From the sequence record SRR20825010_2267: a DNA stretch of 45,299 nucleotides; one strand, given 5' to 3'. Shown piece by piece: positions 27,612 to 37,608 of this stretch; within the stretch, counting starts at the first letter, position 1, and every line of letters begins with the position of its first letter. The translations under genes were made by a program, and so were the position numbers. The notes beneath the pieces were generated by a model. That model ran no database searches. It had not been told where the DNA came from and worked only from the letters and a program-made list of their open reading frames with translations.

Positions 27612-28615
27612 AGATAATCCGTCGATTATTTAAAGCTGTATTTTTTTTACTGCTCCTATTGCTTATTGTTTATTTTTTGGGCCCCAAAGTAGATAAGCCC
27701 CTTTTGACCATGGAGCTTCCGGCTATGGAAACCGATTTGAATAAACTTCAAAATAGTATTTCCGAAAAGGAAAGGTCAAATATCAAAATCAAGGCCAATA
27801 ACGAATCTCAAATTCTTTGGTACGATTCTATCCCTCGCATAACCGAATATTCTATTCTTTATCTTCACGGTTGGTCCGCCAGTCATGAGGAAGGTGCACC
27901 ACTGCACAGGGAACTGGGGCAAAGATATGGTGCCAATGTGTACTTGCCCCGTCTGAAAGGTCACGGTTTACAGGAAGAACAGCCAATGCTCCAATTAACC
28001 GCAACCGACTATTTTGAATCGGCCAAAGAAGCTTTGGCAATAGCAAAACAGATTGGAAAAAAGGTTATTGTAATGGGTACTTCCACAGGAGGTACCTTGG
28101 CTCTTTATTTGGCCCAAGGGGATAGGGATATTACAGGCCTTCTTTTGTATTCCCCTAATGTAAAAATCTACGACCCCACTGCAGTAATATTGTCGGGTCC
28201 ATGGGGATTGGAGATTGCCAAAACCATTATGGATAGCGATTTTTACGAATCTGAAGCGGATTCCTTAAAGCAAAGTTATTGGACTACAAAATATAGGGTA
28301 GAGGCATTGACGCAGCTGCAGGCCTTGTTGGATGTAACAATGAAACCGGAAGTCTTTCAGCAAATAGAGCAACCCACCTTTTTAGGATATTACTATAAAA
28401 ATGAGGAAGAACAGGATAAGGTGGTCTCGGTTCCTGCCCTGTTGGAAATGTTCGATCAACTGGGTGTAAAGAGCAACTTAAAACGTAAAGTTGCATTTCC
28501 TGAAGTAGGCAACCATGTAATGACCTCCTATATTACTTCAAAGGATTTGGAATCTGTTAAAAAGGAAACCATAGGGTTCTTGGAAGAAGTGGTTCATCTT
28601 CAGCCTGTGAATTAG
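27608..28615 (+). CDS. Membrane-anchored alpha/beta hydrolase (esterase/lipase-like)
   Basis: N-terminal TM, LHGW, nucleophile elbow GTSTGG, DKVV and a late His (NHV); ATGA overlap with ftsY. Confidence 0.82.
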   Translation: MKIIRRLFKAVFFLLLLLLIVYFLGPKVDKPLLTMELPAMETDLNKLQNSISEKERSNIKIKANNESQILWYDSIPRITEYSILYLHGWSASHEEGAPLHRELGQRYGANVYLPRLKGHGLQEEQPMLQLTATDYFESAKEALAIAKQIGKKVIVMGTSTGGTLALYLAQGDRDITGLLLYSPNVKIYDPTAVILSGPWGLEIAKTIMDSDFYESEADSLKQSYWTTKYRVEALTQLQALLDVTMKPEVFQQIEQPTFLGYYYKNEEEQDKVVSVPALLEMFDQLGVKSNLKRKVAFPEVGNHVMTSYITSKDLESVKKETIGFLEEVVHLQPVN

Positions 28616-28637
28616 TGATTTTTGATACCTTGGGATT

Positions 28638-29726
28638 TTAGTTGATTAAGTCATTTATTTTTTCCCACAAATCGTTGTCAAAGCTAGTTGGTCCCAATTC
28701 ATCTTCATTTGCGGAATCGCCCATGCGTATAATTACCAATCCTTTACTTGGTACCACATATAGTTTTTGGTCAAATGCACCGAGTCCGGCTATTAGGTCG
28801 TCCGGGGCATTGGGTATTAGTTTGCCGGGGAACAGTTCTTCGGAACCAGGTATTCTAAAACTACTTTTTCCATTTAGCCACCAGAGATAACCGTAGGACT
28901 TGTTCAGTTCTTGGGAAGTCGTCGTCATGTCGGTAAAATAGCTGGGGTCGTTCAGAATAGGGGTCTCGTCCCAAATGCCTTTGTTGAGGTTCAACAGTCC
29001 AAACCGGGCCATACTTCGGGCATTGCTAAAATAAAGATTAAGATACCCTGTTTTTATCCAAGATCCTTGCATCCCAATTTTGTCACGTATCTTTTCATTA
29101 AAGTATTCTTTATATTCTTGGCCAACGGCACCGCTTATAATATTGTCCAATAAGGTATAGGCCGCATTATGATAGTACCAAAAGCTATTGGGCTCGTCTT
29201 TATATATCAAACATTCCACATCGGTGCAAAAACTATTTTCACCAGTGAAATCCAGGCCTGTTGTCATGGTAAGATGATTTCTTACGGTAATCTGAGCTTC
29301 TTGTTCCGGGCTAAGGGAGGACCAAGCTGTTCCCATATAGTCGGACGAGGAATTGTCTATGGATAGAAATCCTTCCTTTTGGGCAATTCCTGCGGTAAAG
29401 GCGGTCAGAGTTTTGGCAGCCGAGTTCCAAGAATGATTTTTTGTGGCGTTGAAACTGCCAAAATATTTTTCCAAAACAATTTTTCCATTCTTTAAAAGGA
29501 TAAAAGCCTCCGTTTTATTTGTTTCCAGAAAGTCATAAAGTGGTTGCTCGGCACTTGAGTTCCACTCTAGCTCCTCAACGGACATAGTTTCCCATTCTTC
29601 TGAATTCAATGGTGGAAAATACAGGGTTTCCTCAGGTGGAATTGGTACTTGATCATCATTCCCTTTAGAGCATCCCATTATACAACAAAAAAGGAATAAA
29701 CCAGAAATAAGAAATTGGGTTTTCAT
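28638..29726 (-). CDS. Serine hydrolase lipoprotein, beta-lactamase (AmpC-like) fold
   Basis: Lipobox IMGC; SAAK (SxxK), HLTMTTG, YHN and YGYLWW motifs. Confidence 0.85.
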   Translation of the reverse strand: MKTQFLISGLFLFCCIMGCSKGNDDQVPIPPEETLYFPPLNSEEWETMSVEELEWNSSAEQPLYDFLETNKTEAFILLKNGKIVLEKYFGSFNATKNHSWNSAAKTLTAFTAGIAQKEGFLSIDNSSSDYMGTAWSSLSPEQEAQITVRNHLTMTTGLDFTGENSFCTDVECLIYKDEPNSFWYYHNAAYTLLDNIISGAVGQEYKEYFNEKIRDKIGMQGSWIKTGYLNLYFSNARSMARFGLLNLNKGIWDETPILNDPSYFTDMTTTSQELNKSYGYLWWLNGKSSFRIPGSEELFPGKLIPNAPDDLIAGLGAFDQKLYVVPSKGLVIIRMGDSANEDELGPTSFDNDLWEKINDLIN

Positions 29727-29844
29727 AGGGCTTTATGAATTAGAGTTCAATTGGTTATAATGGTTTAACGTTAAAAAAATAAAAAAAGATATATTGGGAC
29801 TACAATCTTTTTTCAAGTTGTACTTTTGCACTTTATTTGAAAAT

Positions 29845-31152
29845 ATGCGAACTAAATCACTTAAGAAGAATAGGATCAATGTAGTAACCTTGGGTTGTTC
29901 CAAGAATGTTTACGATTCGGAGGTTTTGATGGGTCAGTTAAGGGCCAACAACAAGGAAGTCGTGCATGAGGAGGAAGGGAATGTTGTAGTGATAAATACT
30001 TGCGGTTTTATCGCCAATGCCAAGGAAGAGAGTGTCAATACCATTTTGGAATACGTTCAGAAAAAGGAGGCAGGGGATGTGGACAAGGTATTTGTTACAG
30101 GTTGCTTAAGTGAGAGATATAAGCCAGACCTACAGAAAGAGATCCCCAATGTGGATGAGTATTTCGGTACCAGTGAATTGCCTAATTTATTAAAGGCCCT
30201 AGGTGCCGATTATAAGCACGAACTTATTGGGGAGCGGTTAACAACCACTCCAAAAAATTACGCCTATCTAAAAATTGCTGAGGGTTGTGATAGACCTTGT
30301 TCTTTTTGTGCCATACCTATCATGCGCGGTAAACATAAGAGTACTCCTATAGAGGATTTGGTGACCGAAGCCAATAAATTGGCAGCCAAAGGCGTCAAAG
30401 AATTGATCCTTATAGCCCAAGATCTTACCTATTATGGATTGGATCTTTATAAGAAAAGGAATTTGGCAGAGTTGCTGAACGAATTGGTGAAGGTAGACGG
30501 CATTGAATGGATACGATTGCATTATGCTTTCCCCACCGGATTTCCGATGGATGTCCTGGAAGTGATGAAACGTGAGCCTAAAGTGTGTAATTACTTGGAT
30601 ATTCCCTTGCAGCACATTTCGGATGCCATTCTAAAAAGCATGCGGAGGGGAACAACCCAGGCCAAAACAACAAAACTGTTGCAGGACTTTAGGGCTGCGG
30701 TCCCCGAAATGACCATTAGGACCACATTGATTGTTGGATATCCCGGGGAGACGGAGGAAGATTTTCAAACATTGAAAAGTTGGGTGGAGGATATGCGTTT
30801 TGAAAGATTGGGATGTTTTACCTATAGTCATGAAGAAAATACGCACGCCTATAATTTGGTAGACGATGTTCCCGAGGAGGTAAAGCAGCAAAGGGCTTCG
30901 GAGATCATGGAACTTCAGTCACAAATTTCCTGGGAATTGAACCAAGAAAAAGTGGGTAAAACTTTGCGCTGTATTATAGATCGTAAGGAAGGTAAGTATT
31001 TTGTAGGTCGATCAGAGTTCGATTCTCCCGATGTGGATAATGAAGTCTTGGTGGATGCAGCAAAGCATTATCTGAAAGTAGGGGAATTTGTTGATCTTCA
31101 TATTTTTGAAGCTGCGGATTTTGATCTTTATGGGGAGCCTATTCAAGGTTAA
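29845..31152 (+). CDS. rimO: Ribosomal protein S12 methylthiotransferase RimO
   Basis: LGCSKN.YDSE, NTCGFI, radical-SAM CDRPCSFC and TRAM domain. The start is MRTKS at 29845, after the -7 box TACTTTTG at 29821. Confidence 0.95.
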   Translation: MRTKSLKKNRINVVTLGCSKNVYDSEVLMGQLRANNKEVVHEEEGNVVVINTCGFIANAKEESVNTILEYVQKKEAGDVDKVFVTGCLSERYKPDLQKEIPNVDEYFGTSELPNLLKALGADYKHELIGERLTTTPKNYAYLKIAEGCDRPCSFCAIPIMRGKHKSTPIEDLVTEANKLAAKGVKELILIAQDLTYYGLDLYKKRNLAELLNELVKVDGIEWIRLHYAFPTGFPMDVLEVMKREPKVCNYLDIPLQHISDAILKSMRRGTTQAKTTKLLQDFRAAVPEMTIRTTLIVGYPGETEEDFQTLKSWVEDMRFERLGCFTYSHEENTHAYNLVDDVPEEVKQQRASEIMELQSQISWELNQEKVGKTLRCIIDRKEGKYFVGRSEFDSPDVDNEVLVDAAKHYLKVGEFVDLHIFEAADFDLYGEPIQG

Positions 31153-31320
31153 TCTATTAAATTTTAGTTTCAATTCATGGCCAAGGCCAGTGGGTAATAG
31201 ATCTTTGGCCCATATGGAAACTAATGGGGTATATTATTGAAATTAGAATTGTCGGTTCTTACCGGGAAGTGGGATATACTTCACTTTTTTTTATATTTTA
31301 GTCGAATAACAGACCAAAAT

Positions 31321-32265
31321 ATGAATCGCAGATCCTTTATTGCAGGTGCAGCCACAGCTAGTGTTGCAACAATCTCATTGGCCAACACCTTGCCGATGGA
31401 AAATCCAAAGAAAGAAAAAAGATATCAAAACGGACAAAGTCCTTGGCCAATCTGTTTGGATACGGCGACCATAAGGCCTGCAAAGGGCTTGGAAAAAAAG
31501 GTAGAGATTGCCATAGAGGCAGGTTATGATGCCATTGAGCCTTGGGACAGCGATTTGGCAGAATACGAGAAAAGCGGTGGCGATCTGAAGAAATTAGGCG
31601 CTAAAATAAAGGAAGCCGGATTGTTTGTGCCAAGTATGATAGGGCTATGGGGTTGCATTCCCAGAAATGAGGAAGAATTTCAAAATTCCTTGCCAGCCAC
31701 CAAAAATAGAATGAGGATGGCATCGGAAATAGGTTGTACCTATGTACAGGCCATACCCAATCAAGTTGGGGAAAATTACGATGTGGCCTTTGTTGCTTCA
31801 TGCTACCGAAGATTATTGGAAATTGGTATTAAAGAGTATAATGTAATTCCTGCACTGGTGTTTGTCAAGATGTTCCCGCTCAAGACTATGGGCCAGGCAA
31901 CAGCTGTGGCCTTGGATGCCAATCACCCTAAAGCCAAGATAATACCGGATGTATATCATATGTATATTTCGGAAGGAGGTTTTGAGGGTTTAAGACTTTT
32001 GAACGGCGATATCTTTGCTATTTTTCAATTCAACGATGCGCCCAAAGGCATGGAAATAGGGGATATGGAGGACAAGCATAGGGTTTTTCCCGGTGACGGA
32101 ATTTTGCCGCTGCCACAGATTTTAAAAGACCTTAAAGGCACAGGTTTCAACGGCTGTATTTCCTTGGAATTGTACAATCCGGAGTACCACAGTAGGGATT
32201 TGCTGGAGGTAGCCAAGACCGGATTGCAAAAGACCCTGAAGGTAATTAAAGAGGCGGGAGTTTAG
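31321..32265 (+). CDS. Tat-exported sugar phosphate isomerase/epimerase-family TIM barrel
   Basis: Twin-arginine signal MNRRSFI at 31321; AGYDAIEPW, DVYH, R.FPGDG.LPL and ISLEL motifs. Confidence 0.82.
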   Translation: MNRRSFIAGAATASVATISLANTLPMENPKKEKRYQNGQSPWPICLDTATIRPAKGLEKKVEIAIEAGYDAIEPWDSDLAEYEKSGGDLKKLGAKIKEAGLFVPSMIGLWGCIPRNEEEFQNSLPATKNRMRMASEIGCTYVQAIPNQVGENYDVAFVASCYRRLLEIGIKEYNVIPALVFVKMFPLKTMGQATAVALDANHPKAKIIPDVYHMYISEGGFEGLRLLNGDIFAIFQFNDAPKGMEIGDMEDKHRVFPGDGILPLPQILKDLKGTGFNGCISLELYNPEYHSRDLLEVAKTGLQKTLKVIKEAGV

Positions 32266-33142
32266 CCTTTGTCCTAACCGGTATGGCAAGGGGCTTGTCG
32301 TAAAAGGTAAGTCGTATTCCCAAGAGTAGGACAATACCACCAAATATCATTTGTGGGGTAATTATCTCGTTGAGAAATACCCAAGCCAATATTGTGGCCA
32401 AGATGGCCTGTGCCAAAAGGCTTAAGGAAACTCTTGTGGCCCGCATATGTTGGGTGGAATAGCTGATGGACAACCAGGCCAGTAATTGGCACACCAATCC
32501 TTGGATAAAAAGTACAAACCATCCAATATTCGAGAAGCCGTTAAAAGGTTCTCCCAATGCATAGGATAGGATCCCTAGAAAGATCGAAGAAGAGATTAGG
32601 CTTATGGTCATAAAGTTTACTATGGATATCTTGGCGAGTACTTCTTTGCTTATTAGAATATAGATGGCATAGAATACCCCAGACAGAAGTCCAAAACTAA
32701 AACCAATATCAAAAGAAAGTTGTGCAAAGAATTTAAATCCTACCAAGGTGATCATTCCTAGGAGGGCAATAACGGTACCTATCCAAAAATTAATTGAGGG
32801 TTTGGGTTTTAAAAAGAAAAAGGTACCTATCCCTACCCAAACAGGGGACAGGTTCGTCAAGAAAGATGCTTGCGTTGCCGTGGATTCTTGAATTGCAATA
32901 TTCCATACCGCCACATCAGATCCAAAACATATTCCACAAAGAACGGCAAGAAGAAATGTTTTAAGTTCCGGAGTTTTTAATTGTTTTGTAAATAGGGCAT
33001 AGGGCAAAATAATGCCCAAGGCAATGGTCATTCGATAGAAGGCCGAAATTAGACCGGGAGTATAATTTAGTTTCACCAATATCGGAAATATGGAAATACA
33101 GATTATTCCAATAATTAGGGCGATTCGAGGTTTTGTTATCAT
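32246..33142 (-). CDS. DMT/EamA family transporter
   Basis: Ten TM segments in two EamA-like repeats (FYRM, LTNLSP, FLNE.I). Confidence 0.85.
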   Translation of the reverse strand: MITKPRIALIIGIICISIFPILVKLNYTPGLISAFYRMTIALGIILPYALFTKQLKTPELKTFLLAVLCGICFGSDVAVWNIAIQESTATQASFLTNLSPVWVGIGTFFFLKPKPSINFWIGTVIALLGMITLVGFKFFAQLSFDIGFSFGLLSGVFYAIYILISKEVLAKISIVNFMTISLISSSIFLGILSYALGEPFNGFSNIGWFVLFIQGLVCQLLAWLSISYSTQHMRATRVSLSLLAQAILATILAWVFLNEIITPQMIFGGIVLLLGIRLTFYDKPLAIPVRTKAKLPPL

Positions 33143-33226
33143 TTTTTAAAAATGGACAAAAATAAAGAATTAGTAGACTTGTCGTTTTTAATGTTACAAG
33201 TAAATGTCTTAAATATTGTTATCCTT

Positions 33227-33742
33227 TTAAATATTAACAAACTCAAATCCTGCTAGAGGTAGGTTTCGCAGGTCATTTTTTGTTTCGTTCAATAAAATCC
33301 CATGTTCCAAAAAGGCCTTGAGATTTGCCAACCAAAAGGTCCATCCATTACTGCAACCATAATGTATGTTTAATTTGCTGCTGTCGTCCGTAGGTATATC
33401 GTATTGTTTTAGAATTAATAGCACGTCATCGCCACATTCCTTAAATGAAACTGCAACCTTACAAACATTGGCAAAGGTGATTTCAAAAGAATTCTTCCCG
33501 TTCGCCTTGGTTATGGTTCCTTTTTCCTGACCGTCCCAATTGTGCCATTCCCATATGTAGGTATCCCCTTCGGCAATCATTTCCTGTGATGCCTTGGATT
33601 GCCCGTCAGGTGTTATATAAGTGGCTTTACTTAAAAACCAAGAAGTAATTCCTTCAGTCGTACACCAGGCCCAATAAATTTTTTCCATATTGGTTTTGAT
33701 GTATATTTTTTTGGTAAAGCTATCAAAACTTAATGCTGTCAT
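33227..33742 (-). CDS. SRPBCC/AHSA1-like domain protein
   Basis: IYWAW.T.EG..SWF and GWTFWLANLK.FLE motifs. Confidence 0.8.
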   Translation of the reverse strand: MTALSFDSFTKKIYIKTNMEKIYWAWCTTEGITSWFLSKATYITPDGQSKASQEMIAEGDTYIWEWHNWDGQEKGTITKANGKNSFEITFANVCKVAVSFKECGDDVLLILKQYDIPTDDSSKLNIHYGCSNGWTFWLANLKAFLEHGILLNETKNDLRNLPLAGFEFVNI

Positions 33743-34887
33743 TTCCTTTGTTTTTTTACTATTTCCAGATTGTAGATCTCTCTTCCCAATTGCGCTAAAA
33801 AGGGAAGTCCAGTTTCTTTGTACTCATAGCTGTCATCGTTGAAAACCCCATTATTATTGGCTATAAGCGTTGCGGTAAGCATAAATTCCACATCATTTTT
33901 ATGGTCTATAATGTAGGCACAATCCGTAATTGTGCCATAGGCATTGCCCACCTTATTGTATATTTTGATATATTCTGGAATGGTATCCCTGGTATCTCCG
34001 TACATAAAAAACTTACAATAACCATCGTAATACTCCATTTCATCGAACCCTATGTTTTTGGGAAGGTCACTCATGGCCTTCAAAAGAAAACTTTGTTGGT
34101 CCGGACTAAGACGGAATCGTTCATTTTTTGGAAACTGTTCCGGGAAAACTATTCTTTTTAGGACCTCGTTCTGGGCGCTGATGGGAAAATAATTTTTTAA
34201 GCTAAAATCGAATGGTTCATTAATTAGAGTGTTGTCCTCATAATAGGCCGTTCCTTTTTTTACCCTTTTCAGAGCCAAGGGTGCTGGGGGTTTGTTCACA
34301 CTTGGTTTTAGCCAGGCCGTAGTAGTGTCGTTTAAGTAAATAATAAGTGGCCTTGTAGTGACCTCAAAAGCATTTTCCGTTGAAAGTCGATGGGAGATTC
34401 GTACGGGTGCTATGTCCTTGTCCTTCAAACTTTGGTTTATTCGGTCTTGCCCTAAAAATTCCAGAAGTCGATTATTGGCATCATTGTCACTTACCGCGAA
34501 AATCTTGGAGATTTCGTTGGCAAATGTTGTTTCCAAAGAATCACCTTCTACATAAAATTGGGTGTATAGGTCCAAGGAATCCATTTCGTTCAATTTTTCT
34601 ATGGCAAGAACGGCAGTTAGTATTTTAACCGTGCTGGCTGGGTAGAAGTAGTTGCTATCGTTGACCTGAAAGTTGTAGTCCGTAAAAATTATGCTGTCTT
34701 TTATCCTGTCGATTTGGGTATACCTTATTTGTAGCTCATGTTGGGCCAAGCTATCCATGACTTTCCGTATTTTGGAGTTGTCGGAGCTTAGGGCCATTTT
34801 CAATAAATTGGGCTCTTCAATATGTTTGGCGCATGAAAAAAAAAGGGTGGTTATGGCGATAATGAAAAAAAAGATTCTTCTGCCCAT
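33739..34887 (-). CDS. Serine hydrolase lipoprotein, class A beta-lactamase-like
   Basis: Lipobox FFSC; YPASTVK (SxxK), SDN and NKVG motifs. Confidence 0.8.
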   Translation of the reverse strand: MGRRIFFFIIAITTLFFSCAKHIEEPNLLKMALSSDNSKIRKVMDSLAQHELQIRYTQIDRIKDSIIFTDYNFQVNDSNYFYPASTVKILTAVLAIEKLNEMDSLDLYTQFYVEGDSLETTFANEISKIFAVSDNDANNRLLEFLGQDRINQSLKDKDIAPVRISHRLSTENAFEVTTRPLIIYLNDTTTAWLKPSVNKPPAPLALKRVKKGTAYYEDNTLINEPFDFSLKNYFPISAQNEVLKRIVFPEQFPKNERFRLSPDQQSFLLKAMSDLPKNIGFDEMEYYDGYCKFFMYGDTRDTIPEYIKIYNKVGNAYGTITDCAYIIDHKNDVEFMLTATLIANNNGVFNDDSYEYKETGLPFLAQLGREIYNLEIVKKQRK

Positions 34888-34909
34888 GGGTTTGTTTCTT
34901 ATATTTTGG

Positions 34910-35158
34910 TTAGTCTATTGGGGTGTAGACTTCACCTCTATGCGGTTTTAATGCGTCCCTAACGGCAATCATCTCGGATTCGCTTACCACTAGATATGCT
35001 ATGGAGTGCATATTATTTAGGTCCTTATTTCCTGTAATGTTAAAGGTTAAATTTTGGGCCAATACATATTCATCCAGATGTATTTTATGGTGCTTTGCCG
35101 TATTCTGGGCCGATTCACCCCTAAAATCCCAAATTAATTTTATTTGTCTGTCCGCCAT
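34910..35158 (-). CDS. Small hypothetical protein
   Basis: 82 aa ORF co-oriented with its neighbours; KLIWDFRG and RDALKPHRG resemble a conserved flavobacterial protein. Confidence 0.65.
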   Translation of the reverse strand: MADRQIKLIWDFRGESAQNTAKHHKIHLDEYVLAQNLTFNITGNKDLNNMHSIAYLVVSESEMIAVRDALKPHRGEVYTPID

Positions 35159-35275
35159 GGAATAAAATTAATAATAAAAGGAATAACATAGGCAGTAAAC
35201 CTTCCGTTTAATGCTCTGGAATTTTATTGGGAAATGAGGACTTGCATAATGCTGCTTAATTGCTAAATTTGCTGA

Positions 35276-36169
35276 ATGGATTTTTGTGAAATAAAGCTGG
35301 AAAAAATCTCATTATTTTTGGTGAGTGTAGTATTGTTGTGCACTTTTATATCCTGTGATTCACTTTTTAAGAAGAAGGAAGACAAAATCCCGGTGGCTAG
35401 AGTTGGGGAAACATATTTGTACAAAGAGGACCTGAAGGAGCTACTTTTGAACAATATGTCCAAGGAGGACAGTACCTCTTTGGTTAATAATTATATTAAT
35501 AATTGGGCTTATAAACAACTGTTGCTTTCCAAGTCCAAAATAAATCTACCCCAGGAGAAGCTGGAGCATTTCGAGCAATTGGTTTCCGATTACAGAACAG
35601 ATTTGTACACAGGGGCCTATAAGGAGGCATTGGTCCTACAATCACATGATACTACTATAACCCATTCCCAGTTAACTGAGTTCTACGAGCGCGAAAAAGA
35701 AAATTTTAAGCTTAAGGAGCGGATAATACAGTTGAGGTTTGTGGAGTTGCCCATACAGTATTTGGACAAGGATTTGGTTGCCAAGAAATTAAGGGATTTT
35801 AAGGAGGCGGATAAGCGCTATTTAGATTCTATAAGTGTGCAATTTAGAAAGGTCAATTTTAACGATTCCATATGGGTAAATGTTTACCGGGTCATAGAAG
35901 AAATTACTCCGTTAACTACTGAAAATCAGGACAAGTACTTAAAAAAATCACAATTTTTTGAATTACAGGACTCTTTAGGGGTATATTTGGCAAGGGTAAA
36001 CGATATGTTGGAAATCAACGATATTGCTCCCCTAACTTATATTGAACCTACCATTAAACAGCTGCTTTTAAATAGAAGAAAGTTGGATTATATGAAAAAA
36101 CTGGAAGTAGAGGTAATGGATGAAGCTATTAAAGAAAAAGAATTTGAAGTTTATGAACAAGGTAATTAA
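35276..36169 (+). CDS. SurA/PPIase-associated lipoprotein
   Basis: Lipobox FISC; VARVGETYLY and YINNW motifs; directly upstream of the SurA-like gene; promoter TTG-N19-TAAATTTG at 35242-35271. Confidence 0.7.
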   Translation: MDFCEIKLEKISLFLVSVVLLCTFISCDSLFKKKEDKIPVARVGETYLYKEDLKELLLNNMSKEDSTSLVNNYINNWAYKQLLLSKSKINLPQEKLEHFEQLVSDYRTDLYTGAYKEALVLQSHDTTITHSQLTEFYEREKENFKLKERIIQLRFVELPIQYLDKDLVAKKLRDFKEADKRYLDSISVQFRKVNFNDSIWVNVYRVIEEITPLTTENQDKYLKKSQFFELQDSLGVYLARVNDMLEINDIAPLTYIEPTIKQLLLNRRKLDYMKKLEVEVMDEAIKEKEFEVYEQGN

Positions 36170-37604
36170 AACAGGTTTTTCCCTTTCTATTTTATTGTTG
36201 ACAGGGATAATGAGTGCACAGGAATCCGAAAATCTTCCAGATACCCAGGTAGAACCGCAAGAGGTAATTGTAGAGGAATCTATGATCTCCAAGAACGATT
36301 CCGTAAACAATTTTAAAAGGATAAAACTGGACGGGATAGCTGCCGTAGTGGGCGACTATGTAATCTTGGAATCAGATATAGAAAAAACTTTGATAGATCT
36401 TAAAAGCCAAGGGGCCTCCACTGCCGACGTTACAAGATGCGGTCTTTTGGGCAAGTTAATGGAAGATCGTTTGTATGCGCATCAGGCTGTTCAAGACAGT
36501 ATTTTGGTTTCGGATGATGAGGTAAATGCCCAAGGGGATCGGCAGTTACAACAACTCGTCTCCCAGATAGGTTCTATGGAAAAGGTCTTGAATTATTATA
36601 AAAAGGATGATGAGATCAGTTTTCGTGAAGAACTGTACAAGATTAACAAGCTAAGAATGCTTTCCGAAAAAATGCAGAACAAAATTGTTTCGGAAATAGA
36701 GATTACCCCAGAGGAAGTTAGGCAGTTCTTTAATAAGATTCCGGAAGATGAAAGACCTGTTTTTGGTGCGGAGTTGGAAATTGCCCAAATAGTAAAGCAA
36801 CCTAAAGCTTCTGATGAAGAAAAGCAAAAGGTTATAGATAAACTAAATGAGATCAAGGCAGATATTCAAGAGAACGATGCCAGCTTTAGTGTGAAGGCAA
36901 TTCTATATTCCCAAGGACCGTCAAAGTCCAGCGGTGGTCTTTTGGGAAGTATCACCAAAGAGTCGGGTTATGTTAAGGAGTTTAAAGATGTAGTATTTAG
37001 TTTGAGGGAAGGGGAAATTTCGGAACCTTTCGAAACAATGTTTGGATACCACATTGTGTGGGTTGAAAAAATTAGAGGTCAAGAAAGAGATGTTCGTCAT
37101 ATAATCATGATGCCGGAAGTTTCCCAAAAAGAATTGGATGATGCAAAGAAGGAATTGGATAGCATTAGGAAAGGGGTATTGGATGGTAAATTTACCTTTG
37201 CCGCTGCAGCCTTAAATTTTTCCGATGAAAAGGAAACCAAATTTGATGGAGGTTTGTTAAGAAATCCACAGGATTATAGCTCCCGATTTGAGCTTACCAA
37301 AATGGAACCATCGCTTTATAATCAAGTGAGGGATATAAAGGACAATGAAATTTCCATGCCTATTCTGGAGAATGATCCCAGGGGAGGTGCTCCCAAATAC
37401 AAAATCATGAAAATCACCAATCGGTATGATGAACATGTTGCCGATTTTGCAAAAGATTACATAAAGATTCAGGAATTGGCACTTAGGGAAAAGCAGTATA
37501 ATGCCATAAAAAAATGGATGGACGAGCATATTGAAGATACCTATGTGAGTGTTAATTCCGAGAATAAAGATTGTGATTTTGCAAATAATTGGGTAAAGGA
37601 ATAA
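36153..37604 (+). CDS. SurA-like periplasmic chaperone/parvulin PPIase
   Basis: DGIAAVVGD..IL.SD SurA N-domain and two parvulin domains (GG.LG...FGYHI; RHII...GG). The likely start is MNKVIK at 36153. Confidence 0.85.
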   Translation: MNKVIKTGFSLSILLLTGIMSAQESENLPDTQVEPQEVIVEESMISKNDSVNNFKRIKLDGIAAVVGDYVILESDIEKTLIDLKSQGASTADVTRCGLLGKLMEDRLYAHQAVQDSILVSDDEVNAQGDRQLQQLVSQIGSMEKVLNYYKKDDEISFREELYKINKLRMLSEKMQNKIVSEIEITPEEVRQFFNKIPEDERPVFGAELEIAQIVKQPKASDEEKQKVIDKLNEIKADIQENDASFSVKAILYSQGPSKSSGGLLGSITKESGYVKEFKDVVFSLREGEISEPFETMFGYHIVWVEKIRGQERDVRHIIMMPEVSQKELDDAKKELDSIRKGVLDGKFTFAAAALNFSDEKETKFDGGLLRNPQDYSSRFELTKMEPSLYNQVRDIKDNEISMPILENDPRGGAPKYKIMKITNRYDEHVADFAKDYIKIQELALREKQYNAIKKWMDEHIEDTYVSVNSENKDCDFANNWVKE

Positions 37605-37608
37605 ATGC

